A stretch of 57,856 bases of DNA, filler included, from Trypethelium eluteriae (Eukaryota): assembly GCA_051942245.1 (NCBI GenBank). It is 2 parts of 2 records of this genome, joined end to end, with 100 filler letters (N's around TTAATTAATTAA, not from the genome) between each part and the next. Parts side by side here need not be neighbours in the genome. Positions count along the whole stretch, not along the records: positions 1 to 28,893 come from JAVECL010000300.1; 1 more part is not named here. The stretch is one strand, 5' to 3'. Made by a program: the position numbers and the translations under genes. Of the stretch, positions 10,575 through 23,045 are shown piece by piece; position 1 is the stretch's first letter, and every line of letters starts with the position of its first letter. Below the pieces are notes generated by a model that did no database searches, had not been told where the DNA came from, and was given only the letters and a program-made list of their open reading frames with translations.

Positions 10575-11798
10575 TTACGAATGTCCGTTCTGATAGTCAG
10601 GGAGCTCAAACGCGTCAGCCGCTCCACCCGCAAGTTTTCCGACTACCTTGGTCAATCCCGTAGCTGTCATAAAACCCAAAGTGGTATTCAATATCGTGAT
10701 TCCGAATTTCGTCTCTGGATTCAACAGCTTTGGGCCTCCCGGAACAAGCTTCTGTGCTTTGTCGACAAACGGTCGGAATTTTTCCTCGTATCCTTGAAAC
10801 GCAGCATTGAAGTCCTTTCCATGTTCTATAATTTCTCCGGCCAGAATATACGAACCGACGAGTGCACAGGTAGTGCCCATCCCACTGACCGGAGACGGGC
10901 AGTATCCAGCATCCCCGGCCAGGACAACTCGGCCGCAGGACCACGATGGTATTTTCACTTGGGCAACTCGCTGCATATAGCAGTCTTGGGCCTCGTCAAG
11001 CCCTTTGAGAGCTCTCTCTGACTCCCAGCCTGCGTCCTCGAAAAGTTCCTGCCAGATCGGTTTCTGATTTCCGATCGGACCCTCAAGTGTCTGCTCTAGC
11101 GCTGGATCTGAGCTGATGACTGCAAAGACTGCTCTAGTCGTCCCCGTATTATCCGGTCGAATCAGTAGGCATCTTCGTCCAGGTGCATTGTACCATCGTG
11201 CCCATTCCGAATCAGTATCTCCGCGAGCCATCGAGAAGTACATCATATATTGACCTAATGAGTTTATGCAGCCATTAGCCTTCTCTCCGAATGCTAGTGC
11301 CCGTGTCTTTGAGTTTTGTCCATCTGCAGCAATAACAAGGTCATACTCCTTCGATTCCGTAGATTTCGCAAAGCTGACGCGAACATGGTGCTCTTCTTGA
11401 TCAAGAGTACTGACGTAGTCGCCAAAGATATATTCAACCCCCTTTTCTTTGGATTTGTCGACGAGGATCTGTGCTAACTGCCCTCTCAAAATCTCAATCT
11501 CGGAAGTTGCGCTATTGGAGTTTCCGGGTTCCGCGGGCATTTCGGCTCGAATCTTGTTCCTCTCATCTACAAATCTCAAGCCAACTTCGCCCGTAGTGGC
11601 TTTGCGGATGTCGTCCTCGACACCCATACGACGAATGACTTTGATGCCAACACCTCGAATATCAATATTCTGGCCTTCTTTCCGAAGTGACGGTGCGCGC
11701 TCAACAATGGTGACTTTGGCGCCAGAACCAGCAAGGAAGTAGGCCAGAGTTGGACCAGCAACGGAGGCACCGCATATCAGAATCCGAAGGTTGGACAT
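10575..11798 (-). CDS. FAD-dependent monooxygenase (FAD_binding_3 family)
   Basis: 407-aa intronless ORF with ILICGASVAG, DLVIAADG and VVLAGDAGYCPSPVSGMG motifs. Confidence 0.93.
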   Translation of the reverse strand: MSNLRILICGASVAGPTLAYFLAGSGAKVTIVERAPSLRKEGQNIDIRGVGIKVIRRMGVEDDIRKATTGEVGLRFVDERNKIRAEMPAEPGNSNSATSEIEILRGQLAQILVDKSKEKGVEYIFGDYVSTLDQEEHHVRVSFAKSTESKEYDLVIAADGQNSKTRALAFGEKANGCINSLGQYMMYFSMARGDTDSEWARWYNAPGRRCLLIRPDNTGTTRAVFAVISSDPALEQTLEGPIGNQKPIWQELFEDAGWESERALKGLDEAQDCYMQRVAQVKIPSWSCGRVVLAGDAGYCPSPVSGMGTTCALVGSYILAGEIIEHGKDFNAAFQGYEEKFRPFVDKAQKLVPGGPKLLNPETKFGITILNTTLGFMTATGLTKVVGKLAGGAADAFELPDYQNGHS

Positions 11799-14700
11799 TG
11801 CAATTTGGTCCAGTGGTATGGTGAATAGCTTCGTCTAGGTAGGGATGAATAATGCTTGTTAATCAGTGGGGAAATGACTGTGAAAAAATCGGCAATGATT
11901 GTGATGGAGAGTGGTGTAGTTTTCATAAAATACAGAGAACTCGGACATGTGGAAGATAGAAATAGTATCTCAAAACAGCCGTTTACGCTTCGGGGATAGG
12001 TGAAGCATGAAATGGGTTTGCAGGGTTGGATTATCTTGAACGTGCACTACATGCAAGAAACATTCTCAAGTAGCGCTATATTGCATCTTGTCGCTGCACA
12101 AATGACCTGTCATCCCCGCTGTACTATGGTCAAGAAATGTTGATACGTGAAGATTTCGGCAGGTCACAGAGATCGTCATCATCAAACCACTCCACTGGCA
12201 AACTTCGGACTTGCCGTGAGCCGAGTGCCGAAACTGTCGGCCATGCAGAATTTCAGTCCCACTTTAGAGTCAGAACAATGCAGAGCCATCTGGTCCAAAG
12301 CTGGAAATGAATGTGAATCCTGGAAACTTACTAGACTCAAGGTGCTCAACGCTCCATGCCTCTACACTGACTGGCGGGGATACGATAGGGGTTGGTAAGG
12401 TAGGTCTATCAGACCTTGACCAATGTCCGAGATACGAGCGACACTTCACTTGCGGTAGTTTCCCATTGACTCGCAACTCAAGTAAGGTGTAGCGATCGGT
12501 ATGTTGTAACGTCGGAGAGTCCACGGAGTAGGCTCTATGAATCATAGTCTGACGTCCCACTGCGTTGGTTGTGGCGTTGTGCCCTCCAAACTTACCGCGT
12601 TAATTAGACAGGCCCTACCTTGGAAGGTTTTCTGCAAGTGGGGCAAAGTCCCCTGCAGAAGGTGCAATCTACATTCACGAGTGCATCCTGGTCGCCTGCC
12701 TGCATTCTTTGCTCTCTCAGGTAAATACGAACTTACTAGGTTCAGGCACCCGCATGAGTCAAGAGCGGGTTGGTGGGCTTTCCCCCAAATCCCAGGTGTA
12801 AGAGCTGCAATCGGCTCGCGGGACGTTCCGGTTGGATTCGAGGATCACAGATCAGGGTGTGATTGTCGCACTCGAGACTGGCGAACGCGTTCGTGCCCTG
12901 AAAACGCATTGCTCCTGACTGAGCAGGCAAGGGAGAGAGTGATATAAGCTCCTGAAGAATCCCATGTCCTGGCGCGGCTACTGACCGAGAGATGTCGAAA
13001 CATGTTCTGACACTTACTATGCTACTCAGCCTCGAGATCGTGAAATCGTCGAATATTGCACGCAGATGGTAAGCGTCGGTATCGCTATCCGTTTCTATCC
13101 ATGATGAGGTGGGGTGGAAGGATCAGAAGTCTACCTGAGCCTAGAGATACCGCAATCAGGGGATCTACTCACTCGCCGGATTAAGACAGATTAGGTTCTC
13201 TCGGCGCATCTCCGATGCAGTCAAACAAGATGCATTCTACCCAGGAAACAAGCCTGCGTGTGCCATAATCGGTGACCACTGTGATGTCTTTTCGAGTCCC
13301 GTTGAAACTTTCTCGCTTGGTCAGTCTTAATATCGCGAAGGCTTCTTGGGCAGTTCGGCGTTTTGTTCTGTTTTGGTTTTCCTTCATCCTTAGCCAAATT
13401 ATGCATAGCATATGAGTTCAGATTACGGAGGAGGTCAACCGAGGGAAGCAATCTGCGTGAGAAAGAAAGAAAAGCCAGAACGACCTTGTACGGTAGCGAC
13501 TCTGTTGAGCAGAGACCTCGGCGCGCAGGTAGCACTTGCTCATGCGACACTACTTGCGATGCTGAAGAAGTGGCAGAAAGCTCGTGCGTGCTCCATCTAG
13601 AATACAAAAGGCAGACTTGTCGAGACCGAGTATGTTTTTGACTCAATTTGATGGGGGGAGAACCAGAGTAATGAATATTACCGCTGGCACAGTTACCATC
13701 TGTCCTCGTCTTCTCGAGGTAATATGCGTTTAGTGTTGTTCGATAGCAGGGTAAAATGATGCAACTGTTGGTTGCAAAAGTCTCGATACCGGAACCCAAC
13801 ACAACTTGACGTCGACGCTTCTAATGTCTCCATGAGCGCATAGCCCCAGCAGCGACGGTGACGTTCATTTTCGTCGGCAAAATGGGAGCTCGCAGCGTTA
13901 TTTCCTTGGCGATACCGCCTGAAGAGCTATTTGTTATTGATGAGACGCAGAGAGAATGGGGGTTTAATGTACAAATGAAGCGAAATTTACTGCGTGCTTG
14001 ATTGAGGACAGGTTATCTGTTAATTCATGAGAACACCCTCTCCATTGCTGCTTATTAACTCCACAGAGCTTGTTTAATAGTCAAGATTTAGGCAAGCAGA
14101 GGCCCTGTTTCTTTGAGATCCGAGTGATTTCCGGACGGATTCGCAATTCTCTCTGGATTGTTGTTGGCCAGGAACAACTGGTGTCTCGAGGGAATCCGGT
14201 TGCTCACGTCACCAAATGTGAATGCGGGTACTAGATCAGATAGAAATCGGCAGAGGCGACTAGCAGAATGAAAGAGACTTACTTTAGAAACGTCTTGGCT
14301 CTACTGGAAAAGTCGCCCAACACGCAGTGTCGGTTGGTGATGTTTGTTCTAAATCTGAAATGGAATGGTGTGGCGTTGGGGCTCGAGTTTCCTCGACCCT
14401 GACTAACGCCAAAACACCTCCACATCATCTCGTAACAAAGCAACTTGGTCTTGAAAGTCTTTCGTGTTGTAAAACTCTACTTCCGCTGAGGTTGAGTCGA
14501 TCGACTTCGTATAACCCGCAATATCTTCACCATGATGAATGATAGACACACATCAGAAGAGATCAATGGGACCAGCACAATGTCGACATTCAGTTCTCTA
14601 GTTGACTGCTCCTATTGTCGCATACTATTCCCTTACGAATTATGATATACAGCACCTCAAGCACGGTTTGACTATTTGGAGGGACGCGACTCGAACATTA

Positions 14701-15146
14701 GATTCTGTTATTGCGTGGTACAACCGGTCTCTATGCGGTCTCTGTCTCGGTGGCCTTATGGGTCTCCAAACATATGTGGACCGGCCCTATTGCCCTAAGT
14801 GCTAAGGTACGCCGGTTCATACTCAATAGATTTACATGGTTCGTACTGAATAAGATAAACCGTTGGTAATTCTAATCAAAAGACAATCTATCCTTTCCAA
14901 AGTATCCACTAGGGTCAACGTCACGTTCTACACCAACCTTCTATCTCACTTTCTGCTCCCTTCGTATGTTGTCTCACTCCATTTACTTCATTCGATCACG
15001 TTCTCACATTTCATTTTCTCACGAGACCATTTTGGTGTGTGAGCGCTGTGCCTGCTTGCTGGTCTAGAAGACCACCAGCTTCGCTCCTATCCGAAGATTC
15101 TTATGCCGCGCCTTTCAATTCACTTACTTGAATTCTTTCTTCCTTA

Positions 15147-16625
15147 ATGATGGAGGAGAACAGCAGTCTGATGAACAGTTTCGATGAAGAGTTGGTCCAT
15201 AATGAGACAGAGATATCGCCCATGGATGATGTCGAGAAAGCACGGCCATCTATCAATACCAGACCTCGAAGATGGATACACTCGAGAATATTCCAACGAA
15301 ACACTCTCCTCTGGGCACTCCCGCTGATTCTTGGAATCTCTATTTTATTCTACACCTGGGATACGTTGGCCCTATCGCAACGAGCTCTTCGTATGCTATC
15401 CGCCAAACAGCAAGAAGACGAGTCGTATTCAGAACCGATACATGAGCAGAATACCACAGAGAAGATCGGAGTGAAGCCATCTGATGTCACTGTCATTGGA
15501 GTTGTCTTCTGTAAGCATACCTCAGCCATCTTACATTTCATTTTAAGCTGATCGAGTGTACCTAGTCGGTCGTCGACAATACGTGGACATACTCGATTGC
15601 TATCTGCAGCGTAACCTCGCGCTCAACGGCGGTTACCTGAACGAAGTACATTTTCTTAGCCACAGTTCGAAGCGAGAGGACATCGACTGGGTCCAAAGCC
15701 TCATCAATAGAACCGCAGGGTACAAATATGTCGAGACGGAAGGCCACTACGGCACAGTCTGGAAGCAGCACGCCTCCGATCCTAACACATTATACATCAA
15801 AATGGATGACGATATTGTACGTAGCCCTCAGAATTCTAGATTATCACTTCACTGACACTCATTGAACAGACGTACATCCACGACAACGCTATCCCACGCA
15901 TGGTCCACACCCTCATCGACCATCCGGAGTCCTATGCTGTTTCTGCAAACGTCATCAATAGCCCTGAAGGCCACTGGCTACATTATCACACTAATGCTAT
16001 CGTTCCGTACCTCCCAGAACCCCACGAGCCCGATCTTCCGCTCACCCCCGAACTCACTTCTTGGCGGCCTTCCAAACTCCCCGAGTATCCTCAAGTGCCG
16101 ATACCAGATCACTTCGACATGAAAAAAGGCCCATCCCGAGACCATCACCGCTGGCTTCCGCTCGATCGCAATTCCAAGAATCTGCACAAGACGCCAATCC
16201 ACGCCGCAGCATATGAATGGCAAGGCATCGGCGTGACGAGCTGGAGCCTCGCGGCGCAGCAGCATGCCTCGCTCCTCTCCAACATCGAAGCCGATACGTT
16301 GAACCGGTATTACTTTGGCGATGAAATCGGGGTCTGGAATATGCAGAACTATCGGTATTCAATAAATTTCCTCGCGCTGTGGGGTAGCACGGTGCGGGCG
16401 TCGGAGATCTCGGCGAGGGACGAGCTGGACATTGCGGTGAAGAATCCGGAGAGGTTGGGGAGGCCGCTACTGGTGGATAGTCATGCGTTGGTTGCGCATT
16501 TTAGCTTTGGGCCGCAGCAGGAGCATCTGCTGAAGACGGACTTCCTGGATCGGTATCGGTCGTATGCGAACGAAATGGTGTGTCGGCCGGAGAACCAGAA
16601 GGTGCCATTTCAGACGGGGTCGTAA
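15147..16625 (+). CDS. Type II membrane protein with DxD motif, putative glycosyltransferase-like
   Basis: Exons joined through introns 15511-15565 and 15817-15869. Single N-terminal TM segment (LLWALPLILGISILFY); FGRRQYVDILDCYL; YIKMDDDI; VAHFSFGPQ. Confidence 0.7.
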
Positions 16626-17691
16626 CTGAGAATTGGGCGTTGGCGCATGGTTGCGTCTCTGCAGGCATTGGGACATTAAGACGCTGACGATATCGAATAA
16701 AATATTGCCTCCATTTAATCGGTCGAAGCGATTGGCTCACAGCATTTGGCGTTGTTTATTTACAAAGGAATATCTACGTATGAAAAATTCTATGATACAT
16801 CAAAGTTCGAAAGTTTGATGCGAGTCTCCCACTCGGTGACCTGCATCTATCATATGGAGTCATGCATCGTTACCGGGTATTGGATGTTCCATTGCCCCTG
16901 ACTGACCTCCACCCTTGATTTCCTTATCCAGGACTCTTACTCAGTTTACACACTGGACCTTCGATATGCAGGTCTCTGTGTTGGACGGGAGAGATGGTTC
17001 ATGGACCGTTCAGGATTACCGCTCAGCACCGGCTAAGTACACCATCCTCTTGCGCCCGGTGTCTACAGCGTCCTTTAAAGGAGAAGTTCAGGTCTTGAAG
17101 AAAGAGTGACCCAGGTACCTTGGCAAATCAAATCTGCAGAACTCTGCTCGAACTTCAAGAGCTTTCTCTCGCCAGGTAGCGGTTGAGAGCTTTTGTATAA
17201 GATGGTGCTTGTGCATGTCATAGACGTCGGACACGGAAAGACAGTGTACTATGATATAGGCCGCAATAGCTCAGGCCGAAGGTATCCGAACAGGTGAAGC
17301 AGAATGAGACATGATCGGACCAGATATGCGATGACAAGAGTCGAGAACAATGCATCGAAGGTCCATGTCTTTTAAAAAAAAGTGCCTCTGAAAAGGGACC
17401 ACACCTGATGTCAACAGTCCGCCAATCTAGAAAGTTCAAAGTCAGACCAAGTCAGTCCTAGAACACATGTTGTCCGGGATAAGAGGTTCCAGCCCTCAGA
17501 AAGATCCCAAAATAGACTGGAATTGCAGTGATAGGTCATTGCTGAACCAAGCGAAGCACAAGTTTGACCTGCTGAGGGCTCCGGTTGGATACCCATATAT
17601 TTGTTGAATTCGGTTTAAATCCGGAACAATCACTAGGGTGGCTAGTGACGTTAGAAATATTCATAGTGGGTATGGGCTGAGGTGGGTCGAC

Positions 17692-18516
17692 TTAGTAGCG
17701 TGAAGAAGGCGATGGAGGACGCTGGAGTTGCTCAATAAAGACAGCAGGTACGAGACCAGCATTCGAAGAACTGGGTTCGGACGGAGAAAGCTTCGACTGC
17801 TCTGTCTGCATAAGGATCCATGGTATATTGATGAAGTTGTCGATTTCATAGTCGCTTCCATTGGACGTGTGCGCGAGGTGCGCAATATCCTTAGGCTCTG
17901 GATAGCTGGTGATTTCGCAAGCTACTTCGGTCCTTAGAGCACGCATCAAATTATCCCTTTTCACGTCTTCCACACCCAATACCTCACCCAATTCGACCAA
18001 AATCCCCCTCTTCGATAACGCCCGCACGGGTCGTACGATATCCGACCTCGTCCCCCAATGGCCACCAGGATCCACCCAGCTAACTTTCACTTTCTTCAAT
18101 GCCGTAGCTCCTTCAAGTACCTCCACTGCTCGCTTTGCCCTTCGTCTTACTTCCTGGCACGCCTTCTCAGGCCCAAAACTAGGATAGTCACGAACCAAAA
18201 TGCCATCGCAAAAGAAAACCAACTCGATAATCTCAATTCTTTGTAGTACTGGGTGTCTACTCAAGTTGTCCAGAACAGGGTCCACTCGGTAAAAGTTGAA
18301 GGTATGAGACAAGACAAGCTTGAAGGTGGCTTTTCGATAGTAATGAGAGAGGAGCTCTTCGGTCAAGGTGCTACAGACAAGCAAGAAGGAGATGGAAGGA
18401 GGACGATGGGAGACGGAAGTCAACGCTAGCGATCGGACTGGGTGCGCAAGGGCATTTGGCGGCAGCAGATAGTCATATATCAGAGCGCGAAGCTCGGAAG
18501 GTAAATTTAGGAGCAT
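17692..18516 (-). CDS. Hypothetical protein with F-box-like N-terminus
   Basis: 274-aa ORF starting LLNLPSELRALIYDYLL, followed by FLLVCSTLTEE. Confidence 0.65.
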   Translation of the reverse strand: MLLNLPSELRALIYDYLLPPNALAHPVRSLALTSVSHRPPSISFLLVCSTLTEELLSHYYRKATFKLVLSHTFNFYRVDPVLDNLSRHPVLQRIEIIELVFFCDGILVRDYPSFGPEKACQEVRRRAKRAVEVLEGATALKKVKVSWVDPGGHWGTRSDIVRPVRALSKRGILVELGEVLGVEDVKRDNLMRALRTEVACEITSYPEPKDIAHLAHTSNGSDYEIDNFINIPWILMQTEQSKLSPSEPSSSNAGLVPAVFIEQLQRPPSPSSRY

Positions 18517-18800
18517 CGGAATAGGTCAAGGAGACTGTCGACATGGTAAAGGCAACATGAGATGAGAGGATGGAGATGGTAATGAATTGAATGATGCGGA
18601 AGCGGGGCTGTCTAGGATTTGATAGTGGGGCAAATCCTCGTCTGGTGTCAGTGACGTCGGCGTGTCGCGATCGGAGATCCGATCCTCTTTCACGCGTCGC
18701 GCTTCGAATCTTGACCTCCGATCCATTACCATTTTCACGACATTTGTTCTCACCCATCTACACGCTATGAGTCTTTTGAGTCTCCGGCTGGCATCTTTAT

Positions 18801-21699
18801 ATGATTATTATGAATGATTATTGTCTACACGCTGCCAAGGCCTTGCTGCATGATCCCAATTGTGACGCGACACCAGTAGCTAACATTAACCCTAATCAAC
18901 CGTCGAAGAAACGCAAGAGGAGTTTAGATGATCCTTGCGAGATCCTTGGAGGAAAGTTCGCAATCCGCGTAAGCTTTCCAGTTCTTTCAAGTGTAATAGG
19001 GAACTAATTCTTCGACCAACAAGCCATGTTCCTCTTCTTCATACGATAGGCCACACATTTTTACACCAGTGTCGTTAATATCACGAGTACAGCTCCCTCT
19101 GTCATACCTCGATACTGGTAGCAATTCCTTCAACTCTTCCAATCGTCTGTTCTCGGCACGCATTCGTGCGTTTGAAAGACATGCCGATAAGGAGAACAAT
19201 AGCGCCGAAACCCACGTGCTTATTGCAAGACTGGAAAGAGATGGCTCACTCTTCGCAGTGGAGGAGGTCCAAAGGGGCATCTTCTCACTCTGCAAGTTGG
19301 GGAGTTGGGTGAAGGAGGATGATGTCGGATGTCATAAGGAGGAGACTGTCCTAAAGCCGCGAATGTCTGCTCTGAAAAAGCAAGCTACGATCGCAAATCT
19401 GGCCGAGTGGTGGAAGTCTGCAGCCATTCAAGGCGTTACTTCGAATGATGTGAAGGACAATTCCTCATCCAACCCAAGGCGGAGTGTGAATTATGAACCC
19501 CAATCCTTGCATGCCAGAACTGAGCTCAGCCAAAAAGTGCCTCAGCCACCACCTTCAAAAATTCAGAACCGTAGGGCAGACGAAGAGATGGCTAGTCAAG
19601 CTCCGCATGATGTTCAGGAGACAATATTACAGCCCTTCGAACCCAATGAGTTCTACTCGAATATCATTAAACAATATCTGGATACCCTCTATGTCTCAAA
19701 AACATCGTTAGCCTATTTCGCCAAAGGGCCCCTATCACGAGCAAGAGCGGCATTTACGAATGAAAATGGAGACGCGCAACTATGCGATCTTGCAAACTTC
19801 TTGCGGCAATGTCTTTTGACTAAGTCGATGGATAGGAAATATCGTGACAAAATTCCAGAACTCATCAATAAGGTAGCTTTGGAAGACGCTGCTTCCGAAA
19901 TCGAAGGTCACACGGCTATGAAAAAGAGGAAACCGAAGAAGCTGAAACCCAGCTCTCACGGTCTCTTTCCCGGAGAGGAAGACTACGCCAAAAAGTGGTG
20001 GCATTCCCCCGAACTTTTTGAGGTTGGTATCATTTCTCCCGAAAGGCGAGATAGCGTGATTAAAAGGCGGACTGCCGGATTGCGTACCCGTGAGACTCAC
20101 ATGCAGTTGATCCTAGCAATGGAAGTCATGGCGCTCGAAGTGTCAGCAGACTCCATAAACTCTAAAAATGATAAAGTGCATACGGAAGCTCAGCTATCGC
20201 AGTCTCACGATTCGCAAAATGTAAAGAAACGGAACGAGAAAATGACTAAGGAACTCAACGTGTTTATGGATCTACTCGTGGATCGACTTTGTATATGGCA
20301 ATCACTGCAGCAAGATGAGCATCATGATGCCTTCATCAAACAAAAGAAAGAAGACAGCGGTTTATCTCAATACCCATTGGAAAAAGCTTCCAACGATGCT
20401 TTGAAGGCCTTCTGTATTGAGGTCATCATACCCTTGTGAGTTGTGCGCTATGTCTAGCACATTTGTACAATGACTGAACATCACAGCTACATGTCTCGTC
20501 TTCCAAAACTAGCCAGCTCAATCAACAGAAAACTAGGGGGCCCAAGCGCACCCTCGCCCAACAAACGAACTTCAAGACCTCAACTAATCTCTGGCAAACC
20601 TGGCGAACCTACCAGCCGTCCTAAATCACAAAAAGGTGACCGCAAACCTCTCCATCGGGTCACCAGCGAAACCATCAATCGCACCACCAAACGCGCCGCA
20701 CTCGCACCTCCTCTCGTCCGTTCAGCCACGGACTCTATTCTCCTCCCACCACCCATCAAGCGCGAATCCAGCGAAGTCCCGTCGCTCTCGTCCCTTCCCG
20801 TCCACAGATCCCCCTCCATCTCCGCCGCCCGCCCCTCTACCTCTCTTTCGCGCCTGCCTACTCAGAACACCAGCCTTCCACGCCCGAGCCTCGCGTCAGC
20901 AAGCATGAAGCGCTTCTCGCAGCGCGAGGTCGACCTCGACGCCATGAGCACAGCGAACGCGGCGAAGCTGCGGAGAAAGGCGGACATCGAGCGGAAGCTG
21001 CACGAGGCGATCAGTGCGCTGAAGAAGCCGAGACGCGAGGTCGTGGGGAGGGAGGTGGTGGAGGAGGCGGAGAGGAGGGTTGCGGCGAAGGGGAAGGGTG
21101 CTGGATCGAGGAGTGGTGGCGCTGGTGGTGCTCGGATGGGTTTGCAGAGCGTGCAGGTTACGGCGACGCCGAAAAAGGGGAGGAGGAGTAGGGAGGTGGT
21201 GATGGTGACGCCGCGGCGGGTGTCGAAGAGTGGAGGGTTGGTCTCCCAGGTGGAAATGGCTGGGTATGGGGAAGATGGGGAAGAGATGGATTTGCCGTCT
21301 AGCTCTTTTGTGCCGTCTACGGCGGTTAAGAGATCAGGGGAACCTACGATCCTGGATACGGGCCAGCGTATTCCAGAGTCTGCGCGCGCGCTCATGGAAA
21401 GGAGGATGAATGAGGGAGTCGCGGAGACGCCATCACGAGGTCCGGCGAAGCGTGTGTCCTTTTTTACCAGCTCTTCTATTACGGCGGAGAAGCCGTCGCT
21501 TGCGAGTGGAGATGCGGTCGAAGAGCTCTTTCAGACACCTCGGAAACCTAGGACAGTGCGATCCGAAACCGTGTTTGCGAGTCCAGTGGCCGCAAGGAGG
21601 AGTACGGCAGCAGGAGCGAACGGTGCTACACCAGGAAGCGCAGAATTGGGTGCGGATAAGTCGCTGTACGATGCGTTGGGCTGGAATGACGAGCTGTAA
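18801..21699 (+). CDS. SLD3: DNA replication initiation regulator Sld3
   Basis: Motifs YLDTLYVSKTSLAYFAKGPLSRARA, LRTRETHMQLIL, DLLVDRLCIWQ, FCIEVIIPFYMSRLP, and a C-terminus rich in S/T-P CDK sites. Introns 18969-19023 and 20436-20486. Exact start ATG uncertain. Confidence 0.88.
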
Positions 21700-23045
21700 A
21701 TTGCTCATCATCACCTCGCCACTCGGGGGCGAAATAAGATATATTGGCGCTGGCAGGGCTTACCAGCGCTCGACCTTGCCCAAAAGAAAAGTCTTATCGT
21801 ATCCGGGGGGGCTCTCAGCGAAGCTGTTAATGATTGGCACGAGCTAGCCAAAATATCGAATAGAAATTGGTTAGAGACCTTGCTGGTTTTGCATAGCATT
21901 GGGCACGTCAACGAAAGCGAGAAATTCGGAGCATTTGTACTGGAAGCATCCAGTGTGTCATTGTATACTCCAAGTCTACATAGCGATAGGCGTTCTATTC
22001 GATCATAAGCCCACGTCTTTCAAGTCACAATTTGGATTTCGTTGCGGTGATATCAAATCCCACATTACTGTGCCGGCCCGTAGGCTTCTTCGAGGCCGAG
22101 CTGCTGCATTCAGCATTGACAATAGTATTGTCGATGGCATCCCGCATTGCTGGTCTCAGCGCACTTTCACCACACTCAACTTCCTCCTCAATTTCCTCCA
22201 CCTCAGCCGTTCGTGACCATTGCATGGATTCTAGAAGCCTCCCGCCCCGTAGTCGGTGATCGGCGGGAATAAGGCATTTCCATACTCGCGCCTTGCCATT
22301 GTGCAGGGAGAACTCGCCCGGCAGGTCGAAGAAGAAATCAGTGTTTCCATGCTGTGCCGCCTGTTCGGCGGCTCGGTAAATGTGGATGTAGGTTTTCCGG
22401 TTAAGTCCTAACCTAGTCCTACATCTGAATTAGCTCACTAGTAAGGTGAACCGGTGAGATTCAGATAAGATGGCTAGCGAGTTAGTCAATCATAGCCATA
22501 TGCATGGGATTTGTGCTGAAGAATGCTTGTGGTGCTGAGATGGTGCCATCATCCATGTCGTACGAGTTGTATCTCAGCTCTGCATCTTCCAGCCTCCTCG
22601 CCCGTCCAAGATCAGCGTCTTGCTCGGTAACGGGGATGAAACTGTCATTGACAGCATTGGTGTCCGTCTCGTGAGCGTTGGTGTCAGGAAGGGTTCCGTC
22701 GAAGATCTCTCGTGCACCGTCATTGTCGAAAAATGCCAGAGGTTCAGGAGGGTGGGATGTGGAGGCCTGAGTCTAGAAGGGTACTATTAGCTGGATGGTT
22801 CGGCGAGAAAATGGCAGACGCGCGGTGAATTGTGACAAATTATGTCTCCGCCGAGCGTGGAGATTTGCAAGAATCATCGGAATGAAGAAGGCAAATTGAA
22901 AGGAAGAAGTGCGTGCGGGCTGGCATCCTCTACAGTAGACAGGTGCCCGGACGAGCATCGAGTGCTTGCTATAGGTCATGAAAGAGTGATAGTGGGGCAA
23001 GGATCGGGCAAAGCAGAGCAAGCTCTAGTGATTTTTGATATATAT

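Noticed and set aside
16860..17600. Short ORFs between the DxD protein and the F-box-like gene
   Set aside because: They are fragmentary, with no recognisable motif or consistent splice model.
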